Virus record (IMG/VR): IMGVR_UViG_3300032373_000002
Coordinates: 51,449 to 115,448 of that record
DNA: 64,000 nucleotides
Source of the DNA: a virus
Strand: one strand, 5' to 3'
Shown: one piece after another, positions 17,451-26,987 of the stretch
How positions within the stretch are numbered: position 1 is the first letter of the stretch
Layout of the letters: each line of letters starts with the position of its first letter
Made by a program: the position numbers and the translations under genes
Notes under the pieces: model-generated
What the model was told of the DNA's origin: nothing
What the model saw: only the letters and a program-made list of their open reading frames with translations
Database searches by the model: none

Positions 17451-18362
17451 ATGCGAACAGTATCTGCCGCCAGGGTTTTGCGTTCCCACAGGATCCAACG
17501 AGCTGCACAGCTCGCCCTCCAAGAACATGCCAAGACGGCACGGAGCCAAACCGCTGCCAGTAGGGAGATCACCGCCGAGGTCCTGATCGCCTTCGGGGAA
17601 GCCACCGAGGGCGAGGTGAGGGTGGCTTCCTTGGCCCGGAGACTCAAGCAGCTGAAGGACATGTTCAGCCGCTTCCCGAAGGAGTGGGAGCAGCTCAAGC
17701 GAATGCTGGGCGTCAAGGCCAAGGGAACCGTGGGGCTACTGCGGGAGCTCCCCAAGAAGATCAAGGGGTGGGTAGCCTCCGGGAAGCAGTGGCTTCAGAA
17801 AGCTGGCCGCACCCTCGTAAACAAGCTGCCAGCGCTTCAGCTCTACTTCGACGTCGGCAAAAAGCTGCCAGACATCAACGAGTGGCTGGTGAAGTCCCTC
17901 GACTACATGCCCGGACCCCTCCAGAGTGCGGTTAGGGGCATCAGCTCCCGCGCCCAGAACCTCGCTGAGTGGCTGGACGAGCTGCTCAAGCTCAAGAAGG
18001 TCCTCCGTCCGGGAGGTGCTGTCGTGAGCGGGGGAGTGTTCGCCTACATCTGGATGAACGTCAAGAAGCTCCACTATGACATGCTGGAGACCATCCAGGG
18101 CTTCTTGGGGGGGTTCAGCTTCACCGAACTCTTAGAGGGCCTGCCAGAGCAGGCAGCCCTGTTCCTCTTGTCGAGCCTGTTCCCCGGCATCCCCGCCGAG
18201 ATGGTCTGGGGCATTGCCGGAGCAGTAACGGTCGTGCTTCAGATTCTCTGGTTCATGAAGCAGGGTTACATCCTGTACAAACCCGGACGAGGACTCAAGA
18301 TCGACTGGAGGGAGATCGGGGTCGAGCCCCCAGAGAGGTTGCCGGAAGCTGTCCCGGTTTAG
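17451..18362 (+). CDS. hypothetical protein with C-terminal hydrophobic helices (possible virion protein)
   Basis: Long ORF; KTA/RVAS motifs. Confidence 0.8.
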   Translation: MRTVSAARVLRSHRIQRAAQLALQEHAKTARSQTAASREITAEVLIAFGEATEGEVRVASLARRLKQLKDMFSRFPKEWEQLKRMLGVKAKGTVGLLRELPKKIKGWVASGKQWLQKAGRTLVNKLPALQLYFDVGKKLPDINEWLVKSLDYMPGPLQSAVRGISSRAQNLAEWLDELLKLKKVLRPGGAVVSGGVFAYIWMNVKKLHYDMLETIQGFLGGFSFTELLEGLPEQAALFLLSSLFPGIPAEMVWGIAGAVTVVLQILWFMKQGYILYKPGRGLKIDWREIGVEPPERLPEAVPV

Positions 18363-18850
18363 GGCATCACCACCTGCCGGGCAACGACACCCTGGTCAAC
18401 CAGGGTCGGGACTGCAACCACGTTCGCACGCGGCGGGGTGCGGTAGCAGGTCAGCGGCACAATGACACTGTAGCCGCCCATCAGTGCCCTCTGGTTGATC
18501 TGGTCCAAGACTCCCTTCAAGGCCCGCTGTTCCGGGAGGGGGATAGACCCCAGGGCATCGAATATCAAGACATCCCCCCGCTCGGAGTTGTCCCGGAACA
18601 GCTGGAAGGCTCCGTAGGGGTCATCGTCCCCCAGGTATGCCGAGAGGTTGGTCGACAAGAGGTGGGGGAGCTGATCCGGCGGGACCCCTTCGGGGAACAC
18701 GGCCCGGACCCGGACGCCATGCTCGCTGAGGCGGTTGGCGTAGCCAACGAGGTGTGAGGTCTTCCCAGAGCCTGGGGGACCCCGCAAAAGCGTGACTCCC
18801 GGGGTCGGATCACCCAGGAGTCTGTAGCAAGACAGGAAGTGTGGTGGCAT
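18359..18850 (-). CDS. P-loop NTPase-like protein
   Basis: GPPGSGKT; VLIFD; AAGGAG RBS. Confidence 0.7.
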   Translation of the reverse strand: MPPHFLSCYRLLGDPTPGVTLLRGPPGSGKTSHLVGYANRLSEHGVRVRAVFPEGVPPDQLPHLLSTNLSAYLGDDDPYGAFQLFRDNSERGDVLIFDALGSIPLPEQRALKGVLDQINQRALMGGYSVIVPLTCYRTPPRANVVAVPTLVDQGVVARQVVMP

Positions 18851-18884
18851 CTGGGCTCCTTTGGTTGGTTGGAGCCAAATACCG

Positions 18885-19835
18885 TCAGGCCAAGCTGCGA
18901 TACAGTTCCAGCGCCTGATCCTGGTGCGAGTCAAGAAGGACCGAGAAGGCCCTGTCCTTCTTGGCGAAAGCCGACACCCCCTGAAGCTCTCCGGGCTCGA
19001 ACAGGCCGATAACCGGCGCCACCTTGAGTGCGAGGTTCGGATCTTCTTGGACCAGCGAGGCCCACACCTTGTCCCGCTTGGCGAGGGCGATCAACTTGTC
19101 CCGTTCGTCCCAAGGGATGGGACGGCCAGCCGCCTCAAACAAAGGAAGGATCAGCCGCAGGCCGCCCTTCAAGACCTTTCTCCAGTCCCTCTGAACGCCC
19201 TCCAGCCAGCCGCTGGAGTAGGAGTTACCCAGCCGCTCTTTGATGAGCCCTCGCCGGGTGGGCGTGCTGTAGCTCGCCTCGTAGCCGTCAGGCGAGGCAA
19301 TCGCGTCCAGATACTCCTGGTACAGCTTCCTGACCCTGCCCGAGAGGCTGTACTCGAATTCCTGGCCTACATCATAAGAGATGCTGCCCATGTGGGCCGG
19401 GAAGAGGTTCGGATCTTTGACGCGAGCTGTGGGGAGGAAGTGGTTGAAGAAGAACTCCTCAGAATCACCCCCGTTCTCCAAACCGTTCTGGTAGGCAGCC
19501 TCCTGGAGCTCTTTCCAGAGCGGGGCGAGCTGGACAGGTTCCGGAACCTCTTCGACCTCCGGAACCTCAAACGCAGATCCGACCGCCCCCAGGTCTTGCA
19601 GGGACCAAACTCCGGGCTTGTTGGGCATCTTGTACTCTGCCCAGACGAACTCAGCGGGGAGAGGACGCTTGCCCGCTCCGATGTCTCGCTGCATATAGAC
19701 CGGCAGGCGGGTGCCCTGGAGCCAACCCAGGAAGGGGATGTAGTCCACCCGGAGCCAGGACCCATCATCGACCTTGATGATCTTTCGGTTCTTGACGCGG
19801 GCTTCTTGGAGGATCTTGGCGAGTCGCTTGTTCAT
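18885..19835 (-). CDS. hypothetical protein with shared leader (MNKRLAKILQEA)
   Basis: TGATG coupling to upstream gene. Confidence 0.8.
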   Translation of the reverse strand: MNKRLAKILQEARVKNRKIIKVDDGSWLRVDYIPFLGWLQGTRLPVYMQRDIGAGKRPLPAEFVWAEYKMPNKPGVWSLQDLGAVGSAFEVPEVEEVPEPVQLAPLWKELQEAAYQNGLENGGDSEEFFFNHFLPTARVKDPNLFPAHMGSISYDVGQEFEYSLSGRVRKLYQEYLDAIASPDGYEASYSTPTRRGLIKERLGNSYSSGWLEGVQRDWRKVLKGGLRLILPLFEAAGRPIPWDERDKLIALAKRDKVWASLVQEDPNLALKVAPVIGLFEPGELQGVSAFAKKDRAFSVLLDSHQDQALELYRSLA

Positions 19836-20176
19836 CAGCCCACTCCGTCTGGAACTTCGCCCTGAGCTTCCATGAACAGGACCATCTTCTGCATGACGCG
19901 CTGGGCTCCCCTTTCGGAGATACCGTCGTTGGGACTCTCGAGGATGGCAGAACGTCCCTGCTGCCTGGGTCGACCGTAGAGCTCCAGCTGAACGGAGTCG
20001 TTGCTGATGTAGATGCGCACGCTTCGATACTCCCGGCCCCGGTAGTTGACTCCCAGCGGAATTTCCGCTTCCATCGAGTCTTCCCAATCAGCGCTGTAGT
20101 CGTAGAAGTCGGGCATGTACGACTTCTTGCTCAAGCCCTCTTCCCTCAACAGGCGGGCGAGCTTCTTGGTATTCAT
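19835..20176 (-). CDS. hypothetical protein with shared leader (MNTKKLARLLREEGL)
   Basis: GGAGG RBS. Confidence 0.8.
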   Translation of the reverse strand: MNTKKLARLLREEGLSKKSYMPDFYDYSADWEDSMEAEIPLGVNYRGREYRSVRIYISNDSVQLELYGRPRQQGRSAILESPNDGISERGAQRVMQKMVLFMEAQGEVPDGVG

Positions 20177-20288
20177 GCTGCCTCCGTAGACTAACAAGCG
20201 TCTCACCATAGGCTTCGGATTGATCTCCCGGTAAGCGCTCCAGCAACCCACTCGCCCCCAGAACAGGGGCCCCAGAAGAGGAACGCTG

Positions 20289-22181
20289 ATGACGAACCCC
20301 CCCGACCCCGTGAGCCAGGAGCGGCTGGAGAGCCTCGGCCCCGCCGAGCGCACCGTTCAGGTGCTGAGCAACTTCACGGACCACCTCCGCCACAACCGTC
20401 CCGGCTTGGTGACCGACGACCCCAACGCCCCGTGGGGGAACAGCTGGCAGCAGGCAACTTGGAAGGTACAGGAAGACGGGACCAAGGCGGTCTCGACCCT
20501 CCGCAAGGTCGGCACCCGCACCCTCAAGACCACGGTCGGCACCCTGGGCGAAGACGGCAAGACCGTTCGGAACAGCCAGGGGAGCATCGCCGGCGAGTAC
20601 CGCAAGCCCGGCATCTACCCGGAGGTCGCGGTCTTTCTCTACAGCCAGATCGCCGAGATCTGGAAACTCGACGCCGAGTTCAGCGCTCACCTCGCCAGCT
20701 GGGTCTTCTCCCAGGACCGGCGAGACCTCAAGACGGTCGCCGCCGCCTTCATGCTCAGCCAGAGCTACGCAGGCCAGCCGGTCACCGAAGGGGGAGAGGT
20801 CATCTTCTACGAGGACGACTTCCGATCCGTGGGTGAAGCCATGATGCTCCTCCGCAAGAAGGGGCAGGACCTCAGCCCCAAGCAGGTTCTGCAGGTCGGG
20901 GAAGTGCTCTGCCTGCCAGGGATCCACGCGATCAACCGGGAGCTGGGGTTCACCCGCAGCGCAAAGAACCCCAACCTCAAGCGCTGGAAGAAGGCTGTCA
21001 AGCGGTGGCTGCGCTACCGCGAGGACAACCCGCGCATGCTGGCGGGTCTGGTCAAGTCGGGCCAGTCCAACACCGTCAAGGCCCTGGCGCGGCGCTGCGG
21101 CTACAAGCCCGCAAGCGAAGAGTTCTTCCGCGTTCTCAACTGGAAGCAGAAGCAATCCGCGGACGGCCACCGGGCCATCGGCCTGGACATGGAGACCGAG
21201 GCGGCGGAGACCTGGGACGGCAAGACCGAGGCGGAGATCTGCCAGTCGATCGTCGCGGACCAGCTGGGCTGGAAGGTGATCGTCGGCAAGCTGCCGGCTT
21301 CGGTGGGGGTGACCCCGGCCATCTTCGCGGCGGCGGTCGAGTCTGGGGCCATGAGCAACAAGGACCTGATCATCCTGACCCCGACCATCGAGGAGCTGGG
21401 GCTGATCGACAAGGAGCCGGTCGCTTCGGCCTGGAAGCGGGCGATCCAGGCGGCGGGAGACCAGCGGGCGCGGAACATCGCCCTGCGGGTTCGGTCCAAG
21501 GAGGCCAAGGGGGGCCTGGAGGAAGCCGCCGACGTCGCCACCGCCAAGGCCATGGAAGAGGCGACCAGGAACCTGCGGGTGTGGGTCCCCATCGACATCT
21601 CTTCTTCGATGGACAGCTCCCTGGCGCAGGGCAAGGAACTGCTCAGCAAGTTCCTTGGGGGCTTCCCCCTGGAGCGGACCCACGTGAGCGTGTTCAACAC
21701 CGTGGGCCGGAGGGTCACGATCCGAGCCCCTCGACGGGCAGCGGTCGTCAACGCCCTGGGCAAGTTCCGGGCCAGCGGCGGCACCACCTACTGGTCGGGG
21801 CTGATTCCCCTGGCGGGCAACCTGCCCCAAGAGGAAGAGGATCTCCTGATCCTCTGGGTCGGCGATCAGGCTGGGGAGAGCGGGACGGACCTGGCCCGGC
21901 GCATGCGGCAGAACAACATCAACCCGGTCGCCTTCGGCTTCTTGGAGCTGCCGGGCATGCGGGGCAACACCATCGATGCCTGCGCATACTCCCTGGGCAT
22001 CCCGTGCTTCCGCATCAAGCCCGAGCTCTTCGACGACCCCTATGCTGTGACGCAGGTGCTGAAGAACCTCATCGCATCAACACCGACTGCGACCACTGCC
22101 CGGATCGTGACCCCCCGCAAGACGCTGGTTCAGCAGGTCCTGGAGACTCCCCTGCTTCGGCGTCCGAACTGGGCCCAGTAG
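20289..22181 (+). CDS. TROVE/Ro60-like helical domain + vWA protein
   Basis: MIDAS DISSSM, ASGGT, ILWVGDQ; TROVE-like DAEFSAHLASW...RD and KALARRCGYKP. Confidence 0.75.
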   Translation: MTNPPDPVSQERLESLGPAERTVQVLSNFTDHLRHNRPGLVTDDPNAPWGNSWQQATWKVQEDGTKAVSTLRKVGTRTLKTTVGTLGEDGKTVRNSQGSIAGEYRKPGIYPEVAVFLYSQIAEIWKLDAEFSAHLASWVFSQDRRDLKTVAAAFMLSQSYAGQPVTEGGEVIFYEDDFRSVGEAMMLLRKKGQDLSPKQVLQVGEVLCLPGIHAINRELGFTRSAKNPNLKRWKKAVKRWLRYREDNPRMLAGLVKSGQSNTVKALARRCGYKPASEEFFRVLNWKQKQSADGHRAIGLDMETEAAETWDGKTEAEICQSIVADQLGWKVIVGKLPASVGVTPAIFAAAVESGAMSNKDLIILTPTIEELGLIDKEPVASAWKRAIQAAGDQRARNIALRVRSKEAKGGLEEAADVATAKAMEEATRNLRVWVPIDISSSMDSSLAQGKELLSKFLGGFPLERTHVSVFNTVGRRVTIRAPRRAAVVNALGKFRASGGTTYWSGLIPLAGNLPQEEEDLLILWVGDQAGESGTDLARRMRQNNINPVAFGFLELPGMRGNTIDACAYSLGIPCFRIKPELFDDPYAVTQVLKNLIASTPTATTARIVTPRKTLVQQVLETPLLRRPNWAQ

Positions 22182-22186
22182 GCTTC

Positions 22187-22585
22187 AGATGTAGGGGCTC
22201 TCCAACAACGCTTGGTAGGCGTCGAGTTCTTCGACGGTGTTCCCGGCACCGACCCTTCCACAGGTCGTCGAAATCCGGGAAGATCCAGCTGCGACCTTCC
22301 TCGGTGAGGATGTTCGCCGGGTCGGTCTGCGGCCTCAGACCAGGAGGGCCATGCTCGGCCCCCCGGCCGGGCTTCTTGGATGACGGGCTTGTCGGTGCGG
22401 ATCTCCCAGCCCCCGCCAGTCTTCCCCACGAAGGTGACTTTGGTCCCCCGAGTAAGGTAGGTCGTGACCTTCCCTCGGCGGTCCCCGTCGATGACCGTCT
22501 TCTTTCGGGTCTGTACGGCGGGTCCTTAAGCGGCTTTCTTGGCCGAGAGACCCTCTTCACCCAAGATTCGAGCCAACCGATTCAT
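22187..22585 (-). pseudogene. disrupted gene with shared leader (MNRLARILGEEGL)
   Basis: GGAGG RBS; TAA at codon 20; two apparent +1 shifts; ends DAYQALLESPYI. Confidence 0.6.
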
Positions 22586-22641
22586 GTCCTGCCTCCGTTA
22601 GTAGGCTGCGAATTAAAATTCCACTATTGAGGAGACCCTCC

Positions 22642-23616
22642 ATGGGCTGGCAAGACCTACTGAGCCAAAATCACACCCAGACCCTCGCGTGGTTGGGGGG
22701 CAAGACCGCCCTGGACGCCAAGCGGTCCTATCGAATTCAAGGTCGACGCCCCCAGCACCGAGGGTGGCACCAGTTCCAGGTCCAAGGACGCAGGGCAACG
22801 TGGGTGTCTTCCGAGGAAGAGATCACCCCTCCCTACGAGGTGGGAGGCTTCAACACGGTGCGAGGCTACCTCGCAGGGAACCGGCTGATCGCGGACGGTT
22901 CGGCCTACCCTCCCCAGATCCAAGCACTGTTCGGAGCACCCACTGTGTACGGGCTTCCGCCGGGGCTCGACCCGTTCACGCGGGTGCTGTGCTGGGAAGT
23001 GGTGCCCGGAGAGTCGATGCTCTACCTGGGGATTGAGTTCCCCGCAGGACCGGAACCCGAGGTCCTGATCGCCTTCGAAGACCAACTGAGCATCGACAGC
23101 ATCCCTGGGGTGGACCCTGCGCTTCATGCCGCATTCAGCTTCCTCCGGGAGATGGAGCGGGTCGAAGAAGAACAGAACCGCTTGCTCCGAGAGCGTCAGG
23201 AGGCGGAGGTGAGGGCTCTCCGGGAACAGGCCGCGCGAGAAGCCGCCGAACAAGAGCGGCTGGGCCGACTGGAAGAGATGCGCCGGAACATCGGAAGTGC
23301 GGCAGGTCGCCGGAACATGGCACAGCAAGACCTGCGGGCTGCTTGCCTGGCGGCGCTCCAAGTCAGCGGGGCCGAGCTGATCTCCGTCCGGGAGAGCTAC
23401 TCCTCCGAAGAGAGCGTGGTGCGGTTCCGCTTCCTTGAGCGGAGGTTCGAGTGCGTCATCAACTCCTCCACCTTAGCGGTGACCGAGGCCGGCATCTGCC
23501 TGACGGATGAGATGACCGGCGAGCGCGGGGACACCCGGTTCACGCTGGAGAGCCTGCCTTCGGTCATCAGGGAGGCAATCGACCTGGACGTGTTGGTGGT
23601 GTTCCGCCACGTCTGA
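22642..23616 (+). CDS. protein with coiled coil and C-terminal E2-like AGICL motif
   Basis: GAGGAG RBS; AGICL...FTLESLPSVIRE; context with JAB, Ubl and E1. Confidence 0.6.
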   Translation: MGWQDLLSQNHTQTLAWLGGKTALDAKRSYRIQGRRPQHRGWHQFQVQGRRATWVSSEEEITPPYEVGGFNTVRGYLAGNRLIADGSAYPPQIQALFGAPTVYGLPPGLDPFTRVLCWEVVPGESMLYLGIEFPAGPEPEVLIAFEDQLSIDSIPGVDPALHAAFSFLREMERVEEEQNRLLRERQEAEVRALREQAAREAAEQERLGRLEEMRRNIGSAAGRRNMAQQDLRAACLAALQVSGAELISVRESYSSEESVVRFRFLERRFECVINSSTLAVTEAGICLTDEMTGERGDTRFTLESLPSVIREAIDLDVLVVFRHV

Positions 23617-23714
23617 CCGACGATAGGCTCCTTAAAGCACCCTCAGTACCCAATCCGCCCTCCCTATATGTAGGTAGCCGCGCACGGCTGGCTACGACAT
23701 CGCAGGAGGGTGAG

Positions 23715-23969
23715 ATGGATCCGGTTCTGGTCCTGTACTCGGTGGAGCCCTACACCTACAACGAAGGCACGGATTATGTCGTTGAGCGTAGGGTGATCTT
23801 CCAACCCGCCACCCGGAAACAGATGCCCTTGGCAGTGCTGGACCGGAACTGGGAATACCCCTCCTTCCCTTGCGAGACCACGGCGAACCGCTACGCGACC
23901 CAGCTCCAACTGGACGAAGCAGGTAAGGAGCCCGAGTTCCTCCCAGCGGAATTTAGCTGGGCCTGCTGA
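23715..23969 (+). CDS. hypothetical protein
   Basis: AGGAGG RBS. Confidence 0.75.
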   Translation: MDPVLVLYSVEPYTYNEGTDYVVERRVIFQPATRKQMPLAVLDRNWEYPSFPCETTANRYATQLQLDEAGKEPEFLPAEFSWAC

Positions 23970-23980
23970 CCGGGATTCCC

Positions 23981-24322
23981 ATGAGCAAAACGATCGCAGA
24001 AGTTCGGAGGGCTGAAGGCCCCTCTTGGTATGGCATCTTCGACGGCACGACCGATTTCTTCCAGGCCCGCATCTACCCGGAGAAGTCTCTGGCGGTGGCA
24101 GCGTGGGAAGCGCCTGAGCCCCGAACGGTACTGCACGCATGCTCCTGCGAAAACCCCGGAGTGGAAGAGGTTACCCTCACTACCCACTACGGGAGTGGAG
24201 TGGAGATGCAGAGTAAGGCTTGCTTCGGATGTCGGGTCATCACTGGCATCCGAGACCCCTACTGGGAACCTCACCCCGGACGCAGCGGGTGGGGCTTCGT
24301 CATGTTCGGCGAGGAAGAGTAG
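23981..24322 (+). CDS. hypothetical protein (Cys pairs)
   Basis: ORF. Confidence 0.7.
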   Translation: MSKTIAEVRRAEGPSWYGIFDGTTDFFQARIYPEKSLAVAAWEAPEPRTVLHACSCENPGVEEVTLTTHYGSGVEMQSKACFGCRVITGIRDPYWEPHPGRSGWGFVMFGEEE

Positions 24323-24415
24323 CTGGCTGAGTCCCTGATTTTGGCGGCCGTGTTCGCGGCCTTTGGGACTCTTGAGCGGCCGGTCGACACCACCTACCTA
24401 CTCTGAGGAGCCATC

Positions 24416-24799
24416 ATGCTCGAAACTGCAGTCGTCTTCGACCAAGAGGGTCAGGCCCTCCACTGGCACGAGCCTCTGGACCGTTCCGGAGTCTACCTGC
24501 CGGACTCCCCCGACTTGTGGTCGGTGCTCTGGGGCCACAGGCGGGTGCTCGGGGGGGTCGCCCACACCCACCCATGGAAAGGTCGGGCGTGGCCCTCCCA
24601 AGAGGACCTGACCACCTTCCGGGCCGTGGAACAGGGCTTGGGAGTCAACCTCGTGTGGCCGGTTGTGACGTTTACGGATGTACTGTACTTGGAATGGAAC
24701 CCAGGAATCAATCAGTACTGGTCCAAGATGCCACCGCGCATTCGGGTAGGCTCGAATATCCTGGAAGAACTTCGAGACCGTAGCGGGCGGATCCGGTAA
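24416..24799 (+). CDS. JAB/MPN+ metallopeptidase
   Basis: N-terminal E; HTHP-x6-PSxxD JAMM motif. Confidence 0.85.
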   Translation: MLETAVVFDQEGQALHWHEPLDRSGVYLPDSPDLWSVLWGHRRVLGGVAHTHPWKGRAWPSQEDLTTFRAVEQGLGVNLVWPVVTFTDVLYLEWNPGINQYWSKMPPRIRVGSNILEELRDRSGRIR

Positions 24800-24828
24800 A
24801 TTAGGAGACCCTAAGCAAGGACCGCCGC

Positions 24829-25482
24829 ATGACCACCCTGGACAGCTACCTCCGCACCGTGAGCCAACGTCCTCTGAGGCTCAGCAACGGGGAGGCGCGC
24901 AGCTACACCTACACCCTCCAGGGTGGCCGCATCTACCAACCCGCGACCGAGAACCCAGCTACCAGCGTAGCCCTTAGCAACACCCCGACGTTGTACGAGG
25001 CGGGAGCCTCCCTGGGGCCCCCGATCAGACTGAAGCTGGGGGGCGCTACGGAATTCTTGGAGGAAGTCCTCCAGGGGAAGAACCCCTACGACCTCCTCCT
25101 GGGGCGCATCCCAAACGAGACTGACCTGGGGACCCGAGAGTACCGCACGGAACTGAAGATCCGGTTCCTTCTGGCGGTCGAAGGCAACACCAGTCACCCC
25201 GAACTCTACGACGCCCTCTTCTTCAAGGTAGTGGGGGAGGCTGGACTCCGGCCCGGCCCGATCCGCAAGAACGCCAAGCGTGCTCGGAGATACTTGCGGG
25301 AGTTCCTGAGCCAATCCTGCCAGAAGCTGGACCGGCGGCTGTCAGGCTCAGGACGGGTGGTAGGGTTCCAGTACGAGGAGCCCATCGTCGAAGGCCCCCC
25401 GAACAACCCCGCCTTCAACAGGCTCGTACAGGACTTCTTTCAGGTCGAGATACGGAACTTCGTCGACCGCATCCCGGCCTGA
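24829..25482 (+). CDS. hypothetical protein
   Basis: AGGA RBS, ORF. Confidence 0.7.
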   Translation: MTTLDSYLRTVSQRPLRLSNGEARSYTYTLQGGRIYQPATENPATSVALSNTPTLYEAGASLGPPIRLKLGGATEFLEEVLQGKNPYDLLLGRIPNETDLGTREYRTELKIRFLLAVEGNTSHPELYDALFFKVVGEAGLRPGPIRKNAKRARRYLREFLSQSCQKLDRRLSGSGRVVGFQYEEPIVEGPPNNPAFNRLVQDFFQVEIRNFVDRIPA

Positions 25483-25492
25483 GAGGTCCGAG

Positions 25493-25819
25493 GTGAGCCC
25501 GTACTTCGCTGAATCCTTGAGCCGCATCGAGCTCTACAGGCAACACGGACTTGCAACCCCCGCCCGAATCCGAGAGCTGGAGCTCTTCGTCAGCCTCTTC
25601 GAAGATCGCTGGGACCTGACGGTCAGCAGGACTCCAGAAGGCTATCCTGCGGTGAGTTACGAGGACAGCACGGGAGCCTACGATGGCGTCGAGGCGATCT
25701 TCATTGATGATCGCTGGGTCATAGAATGGGACCTCGGGAATTGCGAAGAACGCATAGAGGTCCGCGGCTACACCTTGGCCGCTGCCATCTTCTTGACGGT
25801 CGCCCAGAGCATCTACTGA
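25493..25819 (+). CDS. hypothetical protein
   Basis: GAGG RBS. Confidence 0.7.
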   Translation: MSPYFAESLSRIELYRQHGLATPARIRELELFVSLFEDRWDLTVSRTPEGYPAVSYEDSTGAYDGVEAIFIDDRWVIEWDLGNCEERIEVRGYTLAAAIFLTVAQSIY

Positions 25820-25861
25820 CCTCCCGGTAAGAGCCCCCGTCCTACAACGAGGAGGCTCCCG

Positions 25862-26125
25862 ATGGGGCAGATCAACGACAACGAGGCATACGTCAACATC
25901 ACCTGGAGCGGTCAGAACGGAGACCTGACCAGCCCGGTCCCCTATGACCTGACGGACTCCGAGATCCGAACGCTGGCTGCCGCTTCCCTCTCCGAAGGTG
26001 CCGTGGCAGGGATGGACGCGGCGACAGCCGACTTCAGCGACTTCGTGGTGGACCGCTTCGGCCCCGGCGAGGCGTACCCCTACAACCGGATCATGATTCG
26101 GCCGAAGACCCCGTTCGGGGCATAG
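25862..26125 (+). CDS. small ubiquitin-like (beta-grasp) protein candidate
   Basis: 87 aa; C-terminal RPKTPFG-A; GAGGAGG RBS; JAB/E1 context. Confidence 0.65.
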   Translation: MGQINDNEAYVNITWSGQNGDLTSPVPYDLTDSEIRTLAAASLSEGAVAGMDAATADFSDFVVDRFGPGEAYPYNRIMIRPKTPFGA

Positions 26126-26189
26126 GCTGGAGCCTGCGGCAACCGCCGGGGAGATCTACTCTTGGCTGGCGGACTTCAGTGTAGACGAC

Positions 26190-26227
26190 GAGGTCTGGGT
26201 CTACAACTCGTTGTAGACCCAGACCTC
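26190..26227. other. perfect hairpin
   Basis: GAGGTCTGGGTCTACAAC-TC-GTTGTAGACCCAGACCTC. Confidence 0.8.
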
Positions 26228-26310
26228 CGATCGCCGCAGCTTTCGGGATGGGGTCTGCCGAAGTTCGAGGTCAAGTATATAGGCTTGCCCGAAGAATGAG
26301 GTGAGCCGTT

Positions 26311-26811
26311 ATGACGACCCAAGCCGAAGAAGAACTCGCAGAATTCCGGGAAGCGTTCGAGCAGTTCCCCGACACCTACGCACGCCGGCAGTTCCTCCAA
26401 GAACTGGATGACTTGGGAGCCATCGCAGCCCTCACGGACCTCGAAGAGATCAGCGCCTTGGACTTCGTGAAGATGCTCCAGGATGGGAGCCTGTCCCGAG
26501 GGATCAGGAAGGCGTTCGGGGTTGCTCGGAGGTTGATGGGGGACCGCCTCAGCTACATGAAGTGGCGGGTCAAGCACCCGAGCCTGGATGCAACGGGAGA
26601 CCAGGACTACGACTGGGATGTTTCTTCCTACGCCTACAGGAAGTGGACCGACGCCGCCCACGACGCCCAGCGGCAGAACAGGCACGACAAGCTCATCAAG
26701 TTCTGCCGCGAGCTGTCAGAACGGAGCGGAGTGGTGTTTGCTCCGGCCGACGCCTACCGGAACCCCAAGAAGATGGCAGCGGCCCTGTTCCCGGACGAAG
26801 AGACGAAATAA
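26311..26811 (+). CDS. hypothetical protein
   Basis: GAGGT RBS. Confidence 0.75.
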   Translation: MTTQAEEELAEFREAFEQFPDTYARRQFLQELDDLGAIAALTDLEEISALDFVKMLQDGSLSRGIRKAFGVARRLMGDRLSYMKWRVKHPSLDATGDQDYDWDVSSYAYRKWTDAAHDAQRQNRHDKLIKFCRELSERSGVVFAPADAYRNPKKMAAALFPDEETK

Positions 26812-26987
26812 GCGTGTCGAGGAGAGGGGTAAGGGTCCCCTCGACACGCTTAATTGAAATGTAGAACAAACGCGCAGCAGAGGGCGCAGCAGAGAGTGCT
26901 GTCCCTTGAGATACAGAGGACATTCGCCGTGTACGAATGTTCCATCGTCCCGGCAGATAGGCCCACGACCGGGTCGAGGAGACTGAA

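Noticed and set aside
18359-18850. Functional RecA/DnaB helicase
   Set aside because: Only a ~160-aa P-loop domain; too short and divergent to name.
20088-21830. Long antisense or alternate-frame ORFs (also 12126..13403 -, 21005..22630 +, 46773..47954 +, 49254..50762 +, 60515..61768 +)
   Set aside because: Shadows of real genes in high-GC DNA, with no RBS or motifs.
20209-26285. Seven TAGGCT sites, complementary to AGCCTA of the tRNA-mimic module, as antisense targets
   Set aside because: The 6-mers are short and heterogeneous in origin (TAG stops, possible - strand CCTAT promoters), with no extended complementarity.
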